The notes: generated by a model not told the origin, from the sequence alone. A DNA stretch of 49,545 nucleotides, filler included, from Catajapyx aquilonaris (GCA_000934665.2; 3 parts of 3 records of this genome joined end to end with filler, not necessarily neighbours in it), one strand, 5' to 3'. Positions 1 through 10,802 are shown, counted from the first letter of the whole stretch. Numbers and translations: made by a program.

Positions 1-11
1 AGGAGGAAGGT

Positions 12-1117
12 GGGGGAGGAAGGTGGGGGAGGGGAGAAAATATTTTGGGAAATTTTTAAGACACCTTCCTAATGGGAGGGGGCGATCACATTTTTCGAAG
101 AAAAAAGTCTTTAATTTAATCATTCAAAAATTGAAGAATTCCGGTTTGTGTGGGCCATCCCCAACCCCCACCCTACCACTGCCCAAGTGGGTGCATTTAC
201 CTTATACCTGGGAGTTCCATTCTCAAACCTATCACCCCCCAAAAATTTGCTCCCAGAAATTTAACTATATGTCCAATAAAATCACCAGCACATGCAAATG
301 ATTCGGCACAATTTTCAGGTCATTTTCAATGGTTTGTTGCAGCCTGACCTTTGACCTGAAGGGCCCTAATATTAGGTTTTTGGTCTGGGCCCATGCCCTA
401 CCTCGGTCTCCATCTGTCGGATCTCTCGTAATGAGACTGTACATAGCACATAGATATACAGTATACATCTCTCGATGTGAAGATAGTATGCCCCTCGATG
501 CCCCTAGCCTGCTAGCCAAATGTAGCAGTCCGCCTGTCCTTGTGGGTAGCGGGCGGGGGTGGAAAGGGGGGAATATGAATGGTGAAGGAGACAGGAAGGT
601 GACCAAGAATACACGAAAATTTGCCTATCTAAATCCTGTATATCTAAATACCAATATCTAAATACTGTATATCTATGTACTGTGCTCTGTACAGTTTCAT
701 TACGAGAGATCCGACAGATGGAGACCGAGGTAGGGCATGGGCCCAGACCAAAAACCTAATATTAGGGCCCTTCAGGTCAAAGGTCAGGCTGCAACAAACC
801 ATTGAAAATGACCTAAAAATTGTGCCCAATCATTTGCATGTGCTTGTGATTTTATTGGACCTATAGTTAAATTTCTGGGAGCAAATTTTTGGAGGGGTGA
901 TAGGTTTGAGAATGGAACTCCCAAGTATAAGGTAAATGCACCCACTTGGGCAGTGGTAGGGTGGGGGCTGGGGATGGCCCACACAAACCGGAATTCTTCA
1001 ATTTTTGAATGATTAAATTTAAGACTTTTTTCTTCGAAAAAAGTGACCGCCTCCCATTAAGCAGGTGTCTTAAAAATTTCCAAAAATGTTTTCTCCCCTC
1101 CCCCACCTTCCTCCCCC
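12..1117. mobile_element. Foldback/MITE-like long inverted repeat (arms about 12-464 and 662-1117, spacer about 197 bp)
   Basis: The arms are near-identical reverse complements (e.g. tagatatacagtat 451-464 vs atactgtatatcta 662-675). This explains the mirror-image ORFs in the track. The left arm may continue beyond the window edge. Confidence 0.8.
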
Positions 1118-1254
1118 TCTCCCCCCCTCCCCCCCTCTCTTCTCCTCCACATCCTCCAAGTGTCAACTCGAAAGATGTTTCACTGAAGAAACAGTCGCCA
1201 TCTTGGCCAGAGATGTCGGCTGCAAATTTTTTTTTCTTTGCCTGACCACAACCG

Positions 1255-1326
1255 AACAAGCCCCGGGATTAGATCCCAGGACCCTTCGATCGAGAGTCCG
1301 ACGCGTTACCACAGAACCACGCTCTG
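1255..1326 (-). repeat. Degenerate tRNA-like sequence (SINE head or tRNA pseudogene)
   Basis: Minus strand has A-box-like TGGTTCTGTGG and B-box-like GGATCTAATCC at tRNA spacing; the stems are imperfect. Confidence 0.5.
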
Positions 1327-1460
1327 GTGCAACGAGATTGTGAGTGTTGGAAGGGTCTAGCCTATTTACCAGATGCACTTCAAAGAAAAATAAATGTAAG
1401 ATGCGAGATGAAGTAAGGCAGAGACAAAGGTCCATAGTGATAAAAAGAAACGACGTCATA

Positions 1461-1528
1461 TTTTCAGGATTCGATCCTTCAACCTTCAGGTTACGAAGAG
1501 AGAGTCTTAACCACTAGACCACTGCGCT
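1461..1528 (-). repeat. Second degenerate tRNA-like sequence (SINE head or tRNA pseudogene)
   Basis: Minus strand has A-box TGGTCTAGTGG and B-box GGATCGAATCC; no convincing acceptor stem. Confidence 0.5.
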
Positions 1529-1848
1529 ACTTCGATACTGACACTCTCTCCAGCATGTACTTATCGTAAAGAAAGGAATCGTAAAGAAATTGAAGCCCTT
1601 TTGGTTTATAAATTTCCTTAGTTAATATACTGTACTTGCCTCCCAGAAGACCTGGCCAACCTCCCTCTGTACACCACAATATTACTCGTAATTGACCTGG
1701 AATCTCAACGAGGATTTATTGAGGGATAATTAAGGCAAGCCTGTTTTTGTTGAATGAAAATAAAACAATGTGCATAACTACACCCGGTTTTTATTAGTCA
1801 GACGATCGGTACATGCAGAATGATAATATTTGGATAATATCGGCCCGG

Positions 1849-2345
1849 CTAATTAGGCCTGCTAGGAAGAGTGATTAGCTGGAAGTCGTCTTTTACCACA
1901 ACGTGATACGGAGGAGGCAAGTCTTGATCACTATAATACTCATCCTTGATTGTTGAGTCACTATTGTTGCTTGAGGTTTGAGTACTTTTCTTGGCCTCTG
2001 AAGAAGTTGCTGGAAGTGTTATAGCCATTCTTGCTCGAGTCACTTCATAGCAGATCATTGAGAGCACTAAACATAAAATATTGTTAACTTTCGATGTAAT
2101 ATTTAGCTGGTTATTGTACAAGTACTTGCCTAGCCCGGCTGCGAGGTACTTGATGCTTCCAGAACTAGGTAAGTTGACAATACCCTCTTGAACGCACAAA
2201 GTAATGAATGCCACCACCATAGATATAGCCGACAACATGCTGGCATAAAGGCAGCACACCAACTTTTTAATATATAAAAAATTGAAAAAAGTGTTAATTT
2301 GCACTTACTTAAAAAAATCGCAATGTGACATACCAATTTACCCAT
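1849..2345 (-). CDS. Gene A1: predicted 120-aa two-TM protein with C-terminal LPPPY; exons 2345-2334, 2262-2130, 2066-1849
   Basis: ATG GGT AAA TTG|gtatgt...aaaag gives a 71-nt phase-0 intron. Removing a 63-nt phase-1 GC-AG intron (2129-2067) joins a hydrophobic helix KYLAAGLVLSMICY. Tail ends DQDLPPPYHVV. Same intron layout as A2. Confidence 0.6.
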
Positions 2346-2567
2346 CCTTTCTTTGAACAATATGCTCGACCACTACTTTGATCACAACCTGACAAAACTT
2401 TATTACTGCACATACAATTCAACACACTAATCCTAATCTTATACACGCGGAAATGATATCAATAAATGTACATTGGGGCGCCCTTTTGGGTTGAAGAGTA
2501 CATCGTACTTATCTTTTTGGTACACATACTCAGGTAACACAATGTGACTTTATTACAGGGACAATCT

Positions 2568-3058
2568 TTATGATGCAAATATGAACGTGGGTTTGGACCG
2601 ATTAAACTCGTACGGAGGTGGACGATCTCCGTTGGACGGACCGTCCCACATGTATTCGTCCCTGTCCGAAACCTGAATCGAAAATATGTCGTGGGACACA
2701 TCGTCCGGTATGTCGTACCGCAGCCTTGCAGCATGTCTTCTCATCGCAAACACAACAATGGACACGACAGTAAACACCACTGAAAAATAAAGCCAAATTG
2801 AAGGCCCTCTGTCTATTAAAAGTACAGGGTGTTTCATACCTGAGAGGACGAGAATGTAGTATGCGACATCAGGTGCTGGATCTCTAGATGTGTATGCTTG
2901 AGTAAACATGGCGAATGTTGTTATATAAAGCAGAAGGGTCAGTCCCAGAGTGATGTACTGCCAGCTAATCTGCCAAAAAATATTCGCAACAAATATTTGT
3001 GCAATTATTACAAGTATTGTTAACTCACCCATAGTTTGTATCTCTCAGGATTGTACAT
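2568..3058 (-). CDS. Gene A2: predicted 123-aa two-TM protein with C-terminal RPPPY; exons 3058-3029, 2969-2840, 2779-2568
   Basis: Start context caccATG. Canonical introns GTGAGT..GGCAG (59 nt, phase 0) and GTATGA..TTTTTCAG (60 nt, phase 1). Spliced product MYNPERYKLWISWQYITLGLTLLLYITTFAMF...VAYYILVLSVVFTVVSIVVFAMRRH...GDRPPPYEF. Confidence 0.75.
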
Positions 3059-3660
3059 GGTGAGTCAAAAAAATAGTGTCGGTGCCAGCAGCCTCACACT
3101 GTCACGCTCCGTGTGTATGATGCACGTTATCTGCTCCAGAATTATTTTTGCTATGGGCAGCATATGAAAAATATGTAAGATAGATGGCCTTCCATCGCAT
3201 CGTTATCAGACGCAGACGCCATCAAACCCAAGGCTTAACATACACCAGATTATAAGATGGCATAAAAAAGCAAGATATCTGTCGTATTAACCCGAAAACG
3301 CTGCAATTTTGTAATTGAACCAGTGCGAGTAATAATAAAAATAATAAAAAACTGTATCACACAAGTAAATAACACGAATTTGCTGCGTCATAATCGGCTC
3401 TCTCTTTCCATTTGTTTGTCCGAGTTGATAGTACCGCTACACTTCGCACTACCTAAGAGTGGCAGTGGTGTGCACTGTGCAGAAATGAAACATACGCCAT
3501 CTGTGAGAGAAGTATGGTACTACGTGGACAGTCAGGGGCCCGAAAAGTTGTGCCATATTTTGGGGTTCACTATCCGAGTGCGCACCACAGTTGGCGCAGT
3601 GTGCACTGTTGGCATTATCAATGATAGCTGGTAAGCTCTCTGTATAGTGGGTGTATACTA

Positions 3661-3793
3661 CAGGGTGTAACAACATGTTCTGGAAATTATGGGAGAACAA
3701 TGATATCAACAGAAAAGATGAGCGTAACTTTAAAAAAAAATGAGAATTTCAACGTAGATATTGACTGGCCCAGAAACTTTTTGTTACACCCTG
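3661..3793. mobile_element. Tc1/mariner-type MITE
   Basis: TIRs CAGGGTGTAACAA...TTGTTACACCCTG flanked by TA on both sides. Confidence 0.7.
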
Positions 3794-4265
3794 TAGTATA
3801 GTGTGACCACTTTCAGAAAGGGAGATGACGTTTCATAAAAAGCCCCAATCAGAGGCACGATCATCTCTTCAAGTATCCCATCTGATCTTGCCTCTGATTG
3901 GTCATCATAAGTCATGCCCTTTTATGAAAGTGATCATACTACTTATTTCCAACGCTACGCTGAGGGGTGGGATCTACGTTTGCGACGTTGCCAAGACTCA
4001 AACGAACCTCAGAGGCTGCAGGTGTGACTAGTGAGGAACTGTGTTGTAACAAATAGAGGAGCTGCGCAAGTGAGGGTGCGCACACGTTTAGTATAGGCAA
4101 TTTTAAAATATAAAAATGCACGAACATATGGGGTAGAAAAACTTACTTATTACACATCTGATCACAACTCTTTGTACAACATTTTGATCTCACTTAAATG
4201 ACGTCACATTATTATTGTCCATTGTGACGTCAGTGTCATTCTTAGGCAAGTCTTTGGCAAAAAAG

Positions 4266-4565
4266 TCACTTATTCCTGAAGACAAAGAAGGCCACGGAGA
4301 AGAGCACCACCGCGAAGCAGAAGATTGCAATGCATATCCACTGCTGTTGTCTGGAAGTCATCTTCAGTATGATTGGATGCCTGCTCGCTGAAGTCACCAA
4401 TGGCCGTCGATGAGGGATTGGTGACATCGTCATTCCTTGGAAGTAAGGAGGGGGAGGCTCTTCCGGTCGTGAAGATATGGTGTACACAGGTGGAGGCTCC
4501 GAAACAGCTGTTTCATAAGCAGGAAGAGGTTGGTGCACCTCTACTACAGCATGCTGACCCATCAT
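4266..4565 (-). CDS. Gene B1: 99-aa tail-anchored protein with three PY motifs (LPAY, PPVY, PPPY)
   Basis: C-terminal hydrophobic helix WICIAIFCFAVVLFSVAFFVF plus RNK; no signal peptide. 5'UTR intron 4630-4576 (GTAAGA..TACAG) ends 10 nt before the ATG. Shares PPxYTIS..PEEPPPPY with D1/D2. Confidence 0.8.
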   Translation of the reverse strand: MMGQHAVVEVHQPLPAYETAVSEPPPVYTISSRPEEPPPPYFQGMTMSPIPHRRPLVTSASRHPIILKMTSRQQQWICIAIFCFAVVLFSVAFFVFRNK

Positions 4566-5067
4566 TGTTGCACTTCTGTAATTAACAACTAATTAGCAAG
4601 TGGACCGGGTCTGGATAGGGGGCATCTTACCTTGAGCGTGTGATTACATTGGATCCGAATCGAGTCTTGCTTTTCCTTTGTAGATTCATAGAGTGTGTAC
4701 TGACTGACAAGGAAAATTTCAGGTGTTATACGGTGTACCGGTATCTCATGTTCTTATCTAATCGGATGGGATTCGGCATTGTGCAGTATGACTATAAAAA
4801 AGGGGCAATTCCCTATCGGTCATAATAATTATAGTGAACAGCTTTATTGTGGAGGTCATTAATATTTTAGACTGCAAAATCGGTAATTGATCTGCAATTG
4901 TGTGTAAACAGGGATCAAAGACATTTTCGATGTGATATTTAGTAGAAAGTTCCAGTGAGTTATTATAACAGGTGTAAAAATAATAGTGCAAGTTTGGCTC
5001 GATGAATCATACTGCATGTACTCGTAATTGTAAGTTATAAAAAGTATTGTGAATTCTTATTCACTAG

Positions 5068-5286
5068 GGGCCGAATTCAGAGAGGTTGCTTAACGTAAAC
5101 ACGCCCGATTAAATCCTTTAGTCAGCCTCGATTAGCAAATTTAATCAACCTGCTAATACAAAGACGGCGATTAGCGCTAAACGCCCCCTAATCGCACTTG
5201 CTAGCACTTTTAAATTTGCTAATCGAGGATGACTAAAGGATTTAATCGGGCGCGTTTACGTTAAGCAACCTCTCTGAATTCGGCCC
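5068..5286. mobile_element. PIF/Harbinger (Tourist-like) MITE
   Basis: About 70-bp TIRs starting GGGCCGAATTC, flanked by a 3-bp TAG duplication (5065-5067, 5287-5289). Confidence 0.75.
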
Positions 5287-5683
5287 TAGTAGTGCCAAAT
5301 TTTGGCAACAATGTTTGCCCCAGTTGGCGGGATAGGCTGTCCCTCTGCACACTACTGCCACCTCTCAGGGGAAAGTAGTACTACATGCACGTTGGTGATG
5401 AGTCACATCGCGGACAAAGCCTACCAGGGTGCTATAACCACCACGTGTCTCGCCTCCATTGAAGTGGGTCCCACCCTCTCTGACTGCTAACGAGGAAAGT
5501 GAAAGCGATGAGTCAACACGGACATATTAGCAGACGGAGAGAATAAGGGGATTAGTGTAGGATAATTATTATGAACTTGGCACAATGAGCAAGTCAATTC
5601 CGGGAAAAGTAAATCCATTTTAAACAGTGAGCCAGCCTGTATCTTATAAAGTTATAAGTAAGCTTATGTGACGGAAGTTACTT

Positions 5684-5959
5684 TTATGGCTTTCTTAACA
5701 TGAAAATGCACTCGACAAAAATGGTGACTATTGCAGCCAACATGAAACAGATGATGATCCTAAATCCAAGTTCGGTGATACAGCCTTTAACTGGTTTGTC
5801 AGAATAAACCACAGGGTGTGTCAGTGTCTGCTCTGGGCTGGTTGGCAATGTAGGGACAACTGTGGCTGGATAATGGACCAGACTCTCCTCGGTTGTGGTC
5901 ACTATCTGTGTCCTGGTCGCAATGATGTATGTATGAAGTGGCTCATGGTTGTGGTCCAT
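5684..5959 (-). CDS. Gene B2: 91-aa tail-anchored small protein
   Basis: C-terminal helix IIICFMLAAIVTIFVECIFML plus RKP. 5'UTR intron 6039-5978 (GTAAGT..TACAG). ATVVP motif resembles neighbouring genes. Confidence 0.72.
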   Translation of the reverse strand: MDHNHEPLHTYIIATRTQIVTTTEESLVHYPATVVPTLPTSPEQTLTHPVVYSDKPVKGCITELGFRIIICFMLAAIVTIFVECIFMLRKP

Positions 5960-6397
5960 GCTCTTGTTCTATGAATTCTGTACAGAGAGAGAGAGTAATT
6001 TTGAAGTGAAATTTTGAAGTGATCAGATTAATTACTTACCTGGTCAGTTCTGCGATTGTAACTCGGTTTCATCCAGCTAGCTCTGAGTATGTTGGCTTAA
6101 GAATATTTGCACACCATTAATCAGGTATGATCGCTGAGTATGAATGGCGACATATGGTTTGCTTGCATATCGATCCCAGTGCAATAAGGAAAATGCTGCA
6201 GAAATTATCTCCATATCTGCTCTGGCGATACCATATGAGATATTGCTGCAGTAGGGATGAAATCTTGCATTTTTACTCTCTCAAAATTATTTTGTAGCAA
6301 TATTTTATTTCCACTAGAAGCTAGTACAGGTTATTTACAGAGTGTGGTAAACAAAAAAAAGAGTAACAAATAATTTCACAAGTTGACATTCTCCGCT

Positions 6398-6646
6398 TCA
6401 TGACTCATGTTTAACGACGGATAACGTCACAACTATGCAAATGACAACAATAAAAAACACCACCAACGACAAAATGGTGGCAACGCATGCGTCACTAACT
6501 GCCGGATCTCTAGACGAACTGGGATACGTCACTCGTCTGCTTGGAAAAGGTTGGACAACAGTCTGGAAATCCGGAGGTGGTAGAAGAGGCAAGTCTGTCA
6601 CTATGTAAACAGGATGAGGCTGATCCTGTCCATTGTTCAACTCCAT
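6398..6646 (-). CDS. Gene B3: 82-aa tail-anchored small protein with PPPDFQTVVQP
   Basis: Strong C-terminal helix CVATILSLVVFFIVVICIVVTLSVV. Acceptor TTGTTGCAG at 6661, 14 nt before the ATG. Confidence 0.75.
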   Translation of the reverse strand: MELNNGQDQPHPVYIVTDLPLLPPPDFQTVVQPFPSRRVTYPSSSRDPAVSDACVATILSLVVFFIVVICIVVTLSVVKHES

Positions 6647-7107
6647 TATTTCACTCGAAGCTGCAACAACAAACGATTATTGTCCTGTGTGTATTTCCAA
6701 GAGCACTTTTGGAAAATGTTTGCGGAGTGAAGTAAATTCGTGATACATACCAGTGACAATGACTTGCGTACCTTTTTTTAAAATAGCTAGAAGCAGCCTG
6801 CTGGTCCACAATGCGATCAATTGTTGACTGCAGGACGTTTGGTTTCACAAATAAATTTTCACCTCAGCCGCTATCTTTTTTTATTTATCTGATTTGTATT
6901 ATTTACGGCAGACTGAATAAATAAACATGGAGGTGTCACCCTAATGAATTTCTGGATTGTTCTCTCAGCCCACACTATATTCAATACAATACCCAGGTTG
7001 GTACTCCAGAGAAAAGATCCATTTTTAAACGTTTGACTTAATTTTTTATATGCGTTACCACTGTGCATTTGTTAAAAATACATGTTTCTGTCACTTGTAA
7101 GTATCAT

Positions 7108-7368
7108 CTAAAATAATTGCAAATTGCGAATGACATAAAAGTATAAAGCAAGAAAGAAGATGGTCGCTAGCGTTAGGGAAACACATAGACATGTAAAACA
7201 CTGCCCCCGCTTCTGTTCAGCTTTCCATTCGTGACAGTCCACAGGATGATGCGAAATCACGGTGTCATAACAGGGGTCAAATGGTGACTGCTGGTGATGC
7301 GCCACATCAGGCGGATAGGAAATGCAGTGGATATTTGAAGACGATCCGGCGCCGCCATCAGCACCCAT
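7108..7368 (-). CDS. Gene B4: 86-aa tail-anchored, Cys/His-containing small protein
   Basis: Start context gccATGG. Acceptor TTTATTTATAG at 7383. C-terminal helix CFTCLCVSLTLATIFFLALYFYVI. DPCYDTVI motif. Confidence 0.72.
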   Translation of the reverse strand: MGADGGAGSSSNIHCISYPPDVAHHQQSPFDPCYDTVISHHPVDCHEWKAEQKRGQCFTCLCVSLTLATIFFLALYFYVIRNLQLF

Positions 7369-7824
7369 GGCACACTAGTATTCTATAAATAAAAAATGTA
7401 CAATAATATAAAGCTCTGGAACATCTTGAGCAATGCAACAATATATGTAATAGGCTACTGTACCTCTGGACTGAAATATTGCAGATGACGATGCCAAGTA
7501 AAGCTCTAATGAGTTGTGTCAGAATAATTAGTAAAGGCGGTTCAGTCTTAATCTTATCACATATTCGTTGGCGGATTGTGTTCCATGCAAATATAATAAT
7601 AATGACGTGTTGTACAGCATTTATGACAGCAACTTGTGACTGTGATGAAATAATGTACAATTTCTGAGAAAGAAAAGATAATAACGATCTGTTAAGTGTA
7701 GGCTGGTTTACTTGGCGCTGCGCATTTCAACTCACACGAAGTGAAATTATCTTATTGTTGTGTGTTTCTGTACTACATGATGTAAGATTGTTCTCTTTTT
7801 GTGTTGATGCAACTATGCATTGTG

Positions 7825-8085
7825 CTATGCCATCAATAATGCTATAATGACCAGAAACATCACCAGGAGAGGAACTATGATCAGTAGACCAAATGCACGT
7901 CGATCCAACTGTCCTGCAGACACCGGAATTCCCGAGTATTCCGGATACACTCGTACAGGGTGTTCCACAGCTCCATAAAAGATGGGTCGGACCACTGTGT
8001 CGCCCAAAGGTGAACAGGATGTCCTGTAGCCAGATGTGTGCAACTCCGGTACGGTATTAACAGAATAATTGCAATCAAAAGCCAT
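7825..8085 (-). CDS. Gene C1: 86-aa tail-anchored DTVVRP-family protein
   Basis: Start taken at MAFDC because of the 5'UTR intron 8169-8103. DTVVRP is shared with C2/C3. C-terminal helix follows LDRR. Confidence 0.75.
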   Translation of the reverse strand: MAFDCNYSVNTVPELHTSGYRTSCSPLGDTVVRPIFYGAVEHPVRVYPEYSGIPVSAGQLDRRAFGLLIIVPLLVMFLVIIALLMA

Positions 8086-8524
8086 TATTTTTTTGTCCAG
8101 GCCTGAAATTATTAAGTTCATCACATGCTGCCAAACGACCCACAACGTCACCCAGAGTTTTACCCCTACCTGGTTAACAGTACATCTTCAAGTCAGACTC
8201 ATTGTACCTGATGCAGCCGATAAAATGTTGGTGGAAGTGCGCATGTTTAGTTTATACTTCACGTGCCTTTTGTTGATCCCAGCACCTTTACAGATTATGG
8301 ATTTTCCGATAAGCAATCAAGCGCGTTGTATGAATGTGTGCAAGTTTTATACTTTTTTTTCTCATCGGAAAAAGTCTACCCTAATCACGCTCGTGTGATT
8401 TGCCAATCGATTTTTTTTGGGTGGGAGTCCGAAATAATTTTTTTTGCACTCGTTTTATGTGATTATGCATTAGTTAACGAACTACTTTATTACCAGGTAA
8501 CTACAGATTCAATGGCACAAATGA

Positions 8525-8773
8525 TCAGTGGTGTCCGTGATGTCCATGGTGACCGTGATGGTGAGGATATCCAAGAGGATATCCGTACTGATATCCAGGG
8601 ACGAATCCTTGTGCTGCTGGATACACGGTGGTGGGATATCCCTGCTGTTGGATATGCTGAGGATAGTAGTATTGTCGTGGCTCACAATCAGACTGGTAAT
8701 GGTGATCGTGATGGCCATGGTGACCGTGGTGACCATGGTGGTGATGGTGATGCCGACCGATGAAGCTTCCCAT
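8525..8773 (-). CDS. Gene H1: 82-aa His-rich peptide (24 His) with (GHH)n at both ends and a Y/P/Q/G-rich core; N-myristoylation pattern
   Basis: MGSFIGRHHHHHHGHHGHH... 5'UTR intron 8848-8787 (GTGAGT..TTAG). AATAAA at 8491-8486. His and Gly codons vary at third positions. Paralogous to H2. Confidence 0.75.
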   Translation of the reverse strand: MGSFIGRHHHHHHGHHGHHGHHDHHYQSDCEPRQYYYPQHIQQQGYPTTVYPAAQGFVPGYQYGYPLGYPHHHGHHGHHGHH

Positions 8774-8901
8774 ATTGTTGTGCACTCTAATAAGACTGAT
8801 CCAGGTATTAATTTAAAACAAAAAAATTGCACAAAATGTGACACTCACCGACTGGCTCAACTTGTGCGCAGTTTATGGTCGTAGATGTGAATAGGCGAGG
8901 G

Positions 8902-8927
8902 CTAATATTCACGTCCTTATCTTATCA
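8902..8927 (-). promoter_or_regulatory. Double-GATA element TGATAAGATAAGG plus TATA-like ATATTAG upstream of H1
   Basis: Identical 13-mer upstream of H1, H2 and H3, 62-67 nt from the first splice donor. Confidence 0.65.
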
Positions 8928-9084
8928 CCTCTATTACTAACCCCATATGTGTCAAGTCACCTGCGTAGAATAAAGACGGTATGACACACCGGATAAGGTT
9001 CGTAATATTCGCAACAGACTTTGGGTGTCACCCAAGATCACATGGATATAAGTAACTGCAAGGTGAGTACAAAAAATATGACGT

Positions 9085-9378
9085 TTAATTCCAGTTTAAC
9101 AGTGGAAGAACTATTGCTAGAGTTACAAAAAGTAGAACTATGAGGACAGTAAAAACAATAAGCTTTTGGCGATCAATGTCCACTACTTGTCCGTAAACCG
9201 GATTCGTGTAACGAGGGTAGAACACTTCTGGGATCTCGTCTGTCTCATGGTTGATGGGTCGAACCACTGTGTCGAACAATGGAGTATCGTCTGAAGAATA
9301 TTGGTGACTTTCGCATGGTGATTGAAGTGTGATAGGTCGGTGTCCATGGTGGTAAAATGTTGGCTCGTTGCATTCCAT
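9085..9378 (-). CDS. Gene C2: 97-aa tail-anchored DTVVRP-family protein with N-terminal MECNEPTFYHHGH
   Basis: Clear paralogue of C3. 5'UTR intron 9491-9394 (GTAAGA..CACAG). C-terminal helix LIVFTVLIVLLFVTLAIVLPLL. Confidence 0.8.
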   Translation of the reverse strand: MECNEPTFYHHGHRPITLQSPCESHQYSSDDTPLFDTVVRPINHETDEIPEVFYPRYTNPVYGQVVDIDRQKLIVFTVLIVLLFVTLAIVLPLLNWN

Positions 9379-9628
9379 CTGGTCCTATATACTCTGTGAG
9401 GAAAAAAAAATCCTTGGTTGTCACCAAAATGACATTTTTGTCCTGGCCATCATTCTCAGGCAATAGTTATGTAATAATGTGAATATCTTACCTGATTTAC
9501 TATAAAAGGTTGAATCTGACGATTGCAAGGAACACAATAAGTTGTATATATGAAGGCATCTGCACTTATGGGTTAGCACTGTTCCGACAGGCCTTCTAAG
9601 GTGAAACTTCTAATCTTTGTCCATCGTA

Positions 9629-9649
9629 AGTTGCTAGGACACGTTATCT
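9629..9649 (-). promoter_or_regulatory. Conserved GATA-containing element upstream of C2
   Basis: agttgctaggacacgttatct matches 20/21 to 11621-11641 upstream of C3; minus strand reads AGATAACGTG. Confidence 0.55.
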
Positions 9650-9860
9650 TTCAAGCTTCAATTTAGCGATGCACTCTGACGCAGTGGTAAACAGTCATAA
9701 TAATGATTTTAATCATATGTACAAAAAAAATACTTACGTTTTTGACAACATGCAGCAGAATGTCAATTTTGACAACTTGGTTCATCTTCTTATCAAAAAG
9801 ACACTTTACTAATGCGTTATATGTAAAAAATAATTACATTATATTTTAGTCATACATTAT

Positions 9861-9980
9861 CCTCCTGAGACCCCTAGTACACCTTTCAATCACCATTGTG
9901 TTTTTTTTACGAGTTTGAGTTAGTCAGAAGGTGCTGGAAAAAACAAAGGTACAGTATACTGTACCAGGGGTCTCAGGAGG
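9861..9980. mobile_element. piggyBac-like MITE
   Basis: TIRs CCTCCTGAGACCCC...GGGGTCTCAGGAGG flanked by a TTAT duplication. Confidence 0.6.
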
Positions 9981-10430
9981 TTATATTTCCCATGAATTTA
10001 TTAGTTTTTACAAGAGTATAAGTTATGTGTACATAATTTATATAAAGCAGAAAGTTATTTGTTGGTATGTATGTCAAATGCTACCTAACCCACTTTCAGA
10101 CTACTAAAGAGTGCTGAAATTTGGCACACAGATGTCTTACATGGCGATGATTGAGAGAAAAGTCCGAAAACTGCACTTTTTGAGTCTAAATACCCGAAAT
10201 GCAGTTTTTTGTTTTTATTTATTTATTTGGCACAAATGGCGTTCTTATTATTTAGCGCTAGTGATCCATACATACCGTATGTTGAAGAGCAAAAGGGTGA
10301 AACAACACTGGAAATGGACATAATAAAATGTAACTGTAAGTTTCAACCAAACTGACTTAATTGTTCATATGTACATGCATTAATAATTGATTCAATAGAA
10401 ATTTACTGATAACACTGGAGAAAATGTCCA

Positions 10431-10637
10431 TCAGTGGTGCCCATGATGTCCATGATGTCCGTGGTGACCATGATGTCTGTGGTGCCCATGATGTCCATGA
10501 TGTCCGTGGTGACCATGATGTCTGTGGTGCCCATTATGATATCCAGGATGTACGACGTGATGTTCTTGTCTGTGAGGATATCCATTCTGACCGTGATCAG
10601 GGTTGTAATGGTGATGTCGACCGAAGCAGTTGCCCAT
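10431..10637 (-). CDS. Gene H2: 68-aa His-rich peptide (31 His) with eleven (G/R)HH triplets; MGNC N-terminus (predicted myristoylation plus palmitoylation)
   Basis: MGNCFGRHHH parallels MGSFIGRHHH of H1. 5'UTR intron 10726-10660. Internal 45-nt tandem duplication at 10441-10530. Confidence 0.75.
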   Translation of the reverse strand: MGNCFGRHHHYNPDHGQNGYPHRQEHHVVHPGYHNGHHRHHGHHGHHGHHGHHRHHGHHGHHGHHGHH

Positions 10638-10776
10638 TGTTGCGCCGTATAGGCCTACTCTAAAAATAACGATTATTAGATGCTATACCTTCAAAACAAA
10701 AAGGGCTCACATCTGTATATACTCACCCAATGGCCCAATACAGAGGTTTTGATGAAAGGTACTTTTTTCGTGAGGA

Positions 10777-10802
10777 CTAATATAGCTTTCCTTATCTTAT
10801 CA
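10777..10802 (-). promoter_or_regulatory. Double-GATA element plus TATATTAG upstream of H2
   Basis: ccttatcttatca at 10790-10802 and ctaatata just downstream in the direction of transcription, as for H1 and H3. Confidence 0.65.

Noticed and set aside
23..1459. Mirror-image ORFs of 60-130 aa on both strands
   Set aside because: By-products of the inverted repeat and SINE-like sequence; the two copies do not keep a common frame.
3449..3709. ORF with HPVVY, apparently matching gene B2
   Set aside because: The HPVVY codons come from the MITE TIR (ttgttacaccctgtagta), so the match is coincidental.
8263..8884. Alternative-frame ORFs over H1 (poly-Met/Val, Thr/Ile, Asp/Gly), and likewise over H2 and H3
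   Set aside because: Shadows of the CAY-CAY-GGN repeat. Only the His frame has a conserved start, splice context and synonymous third-position variation.
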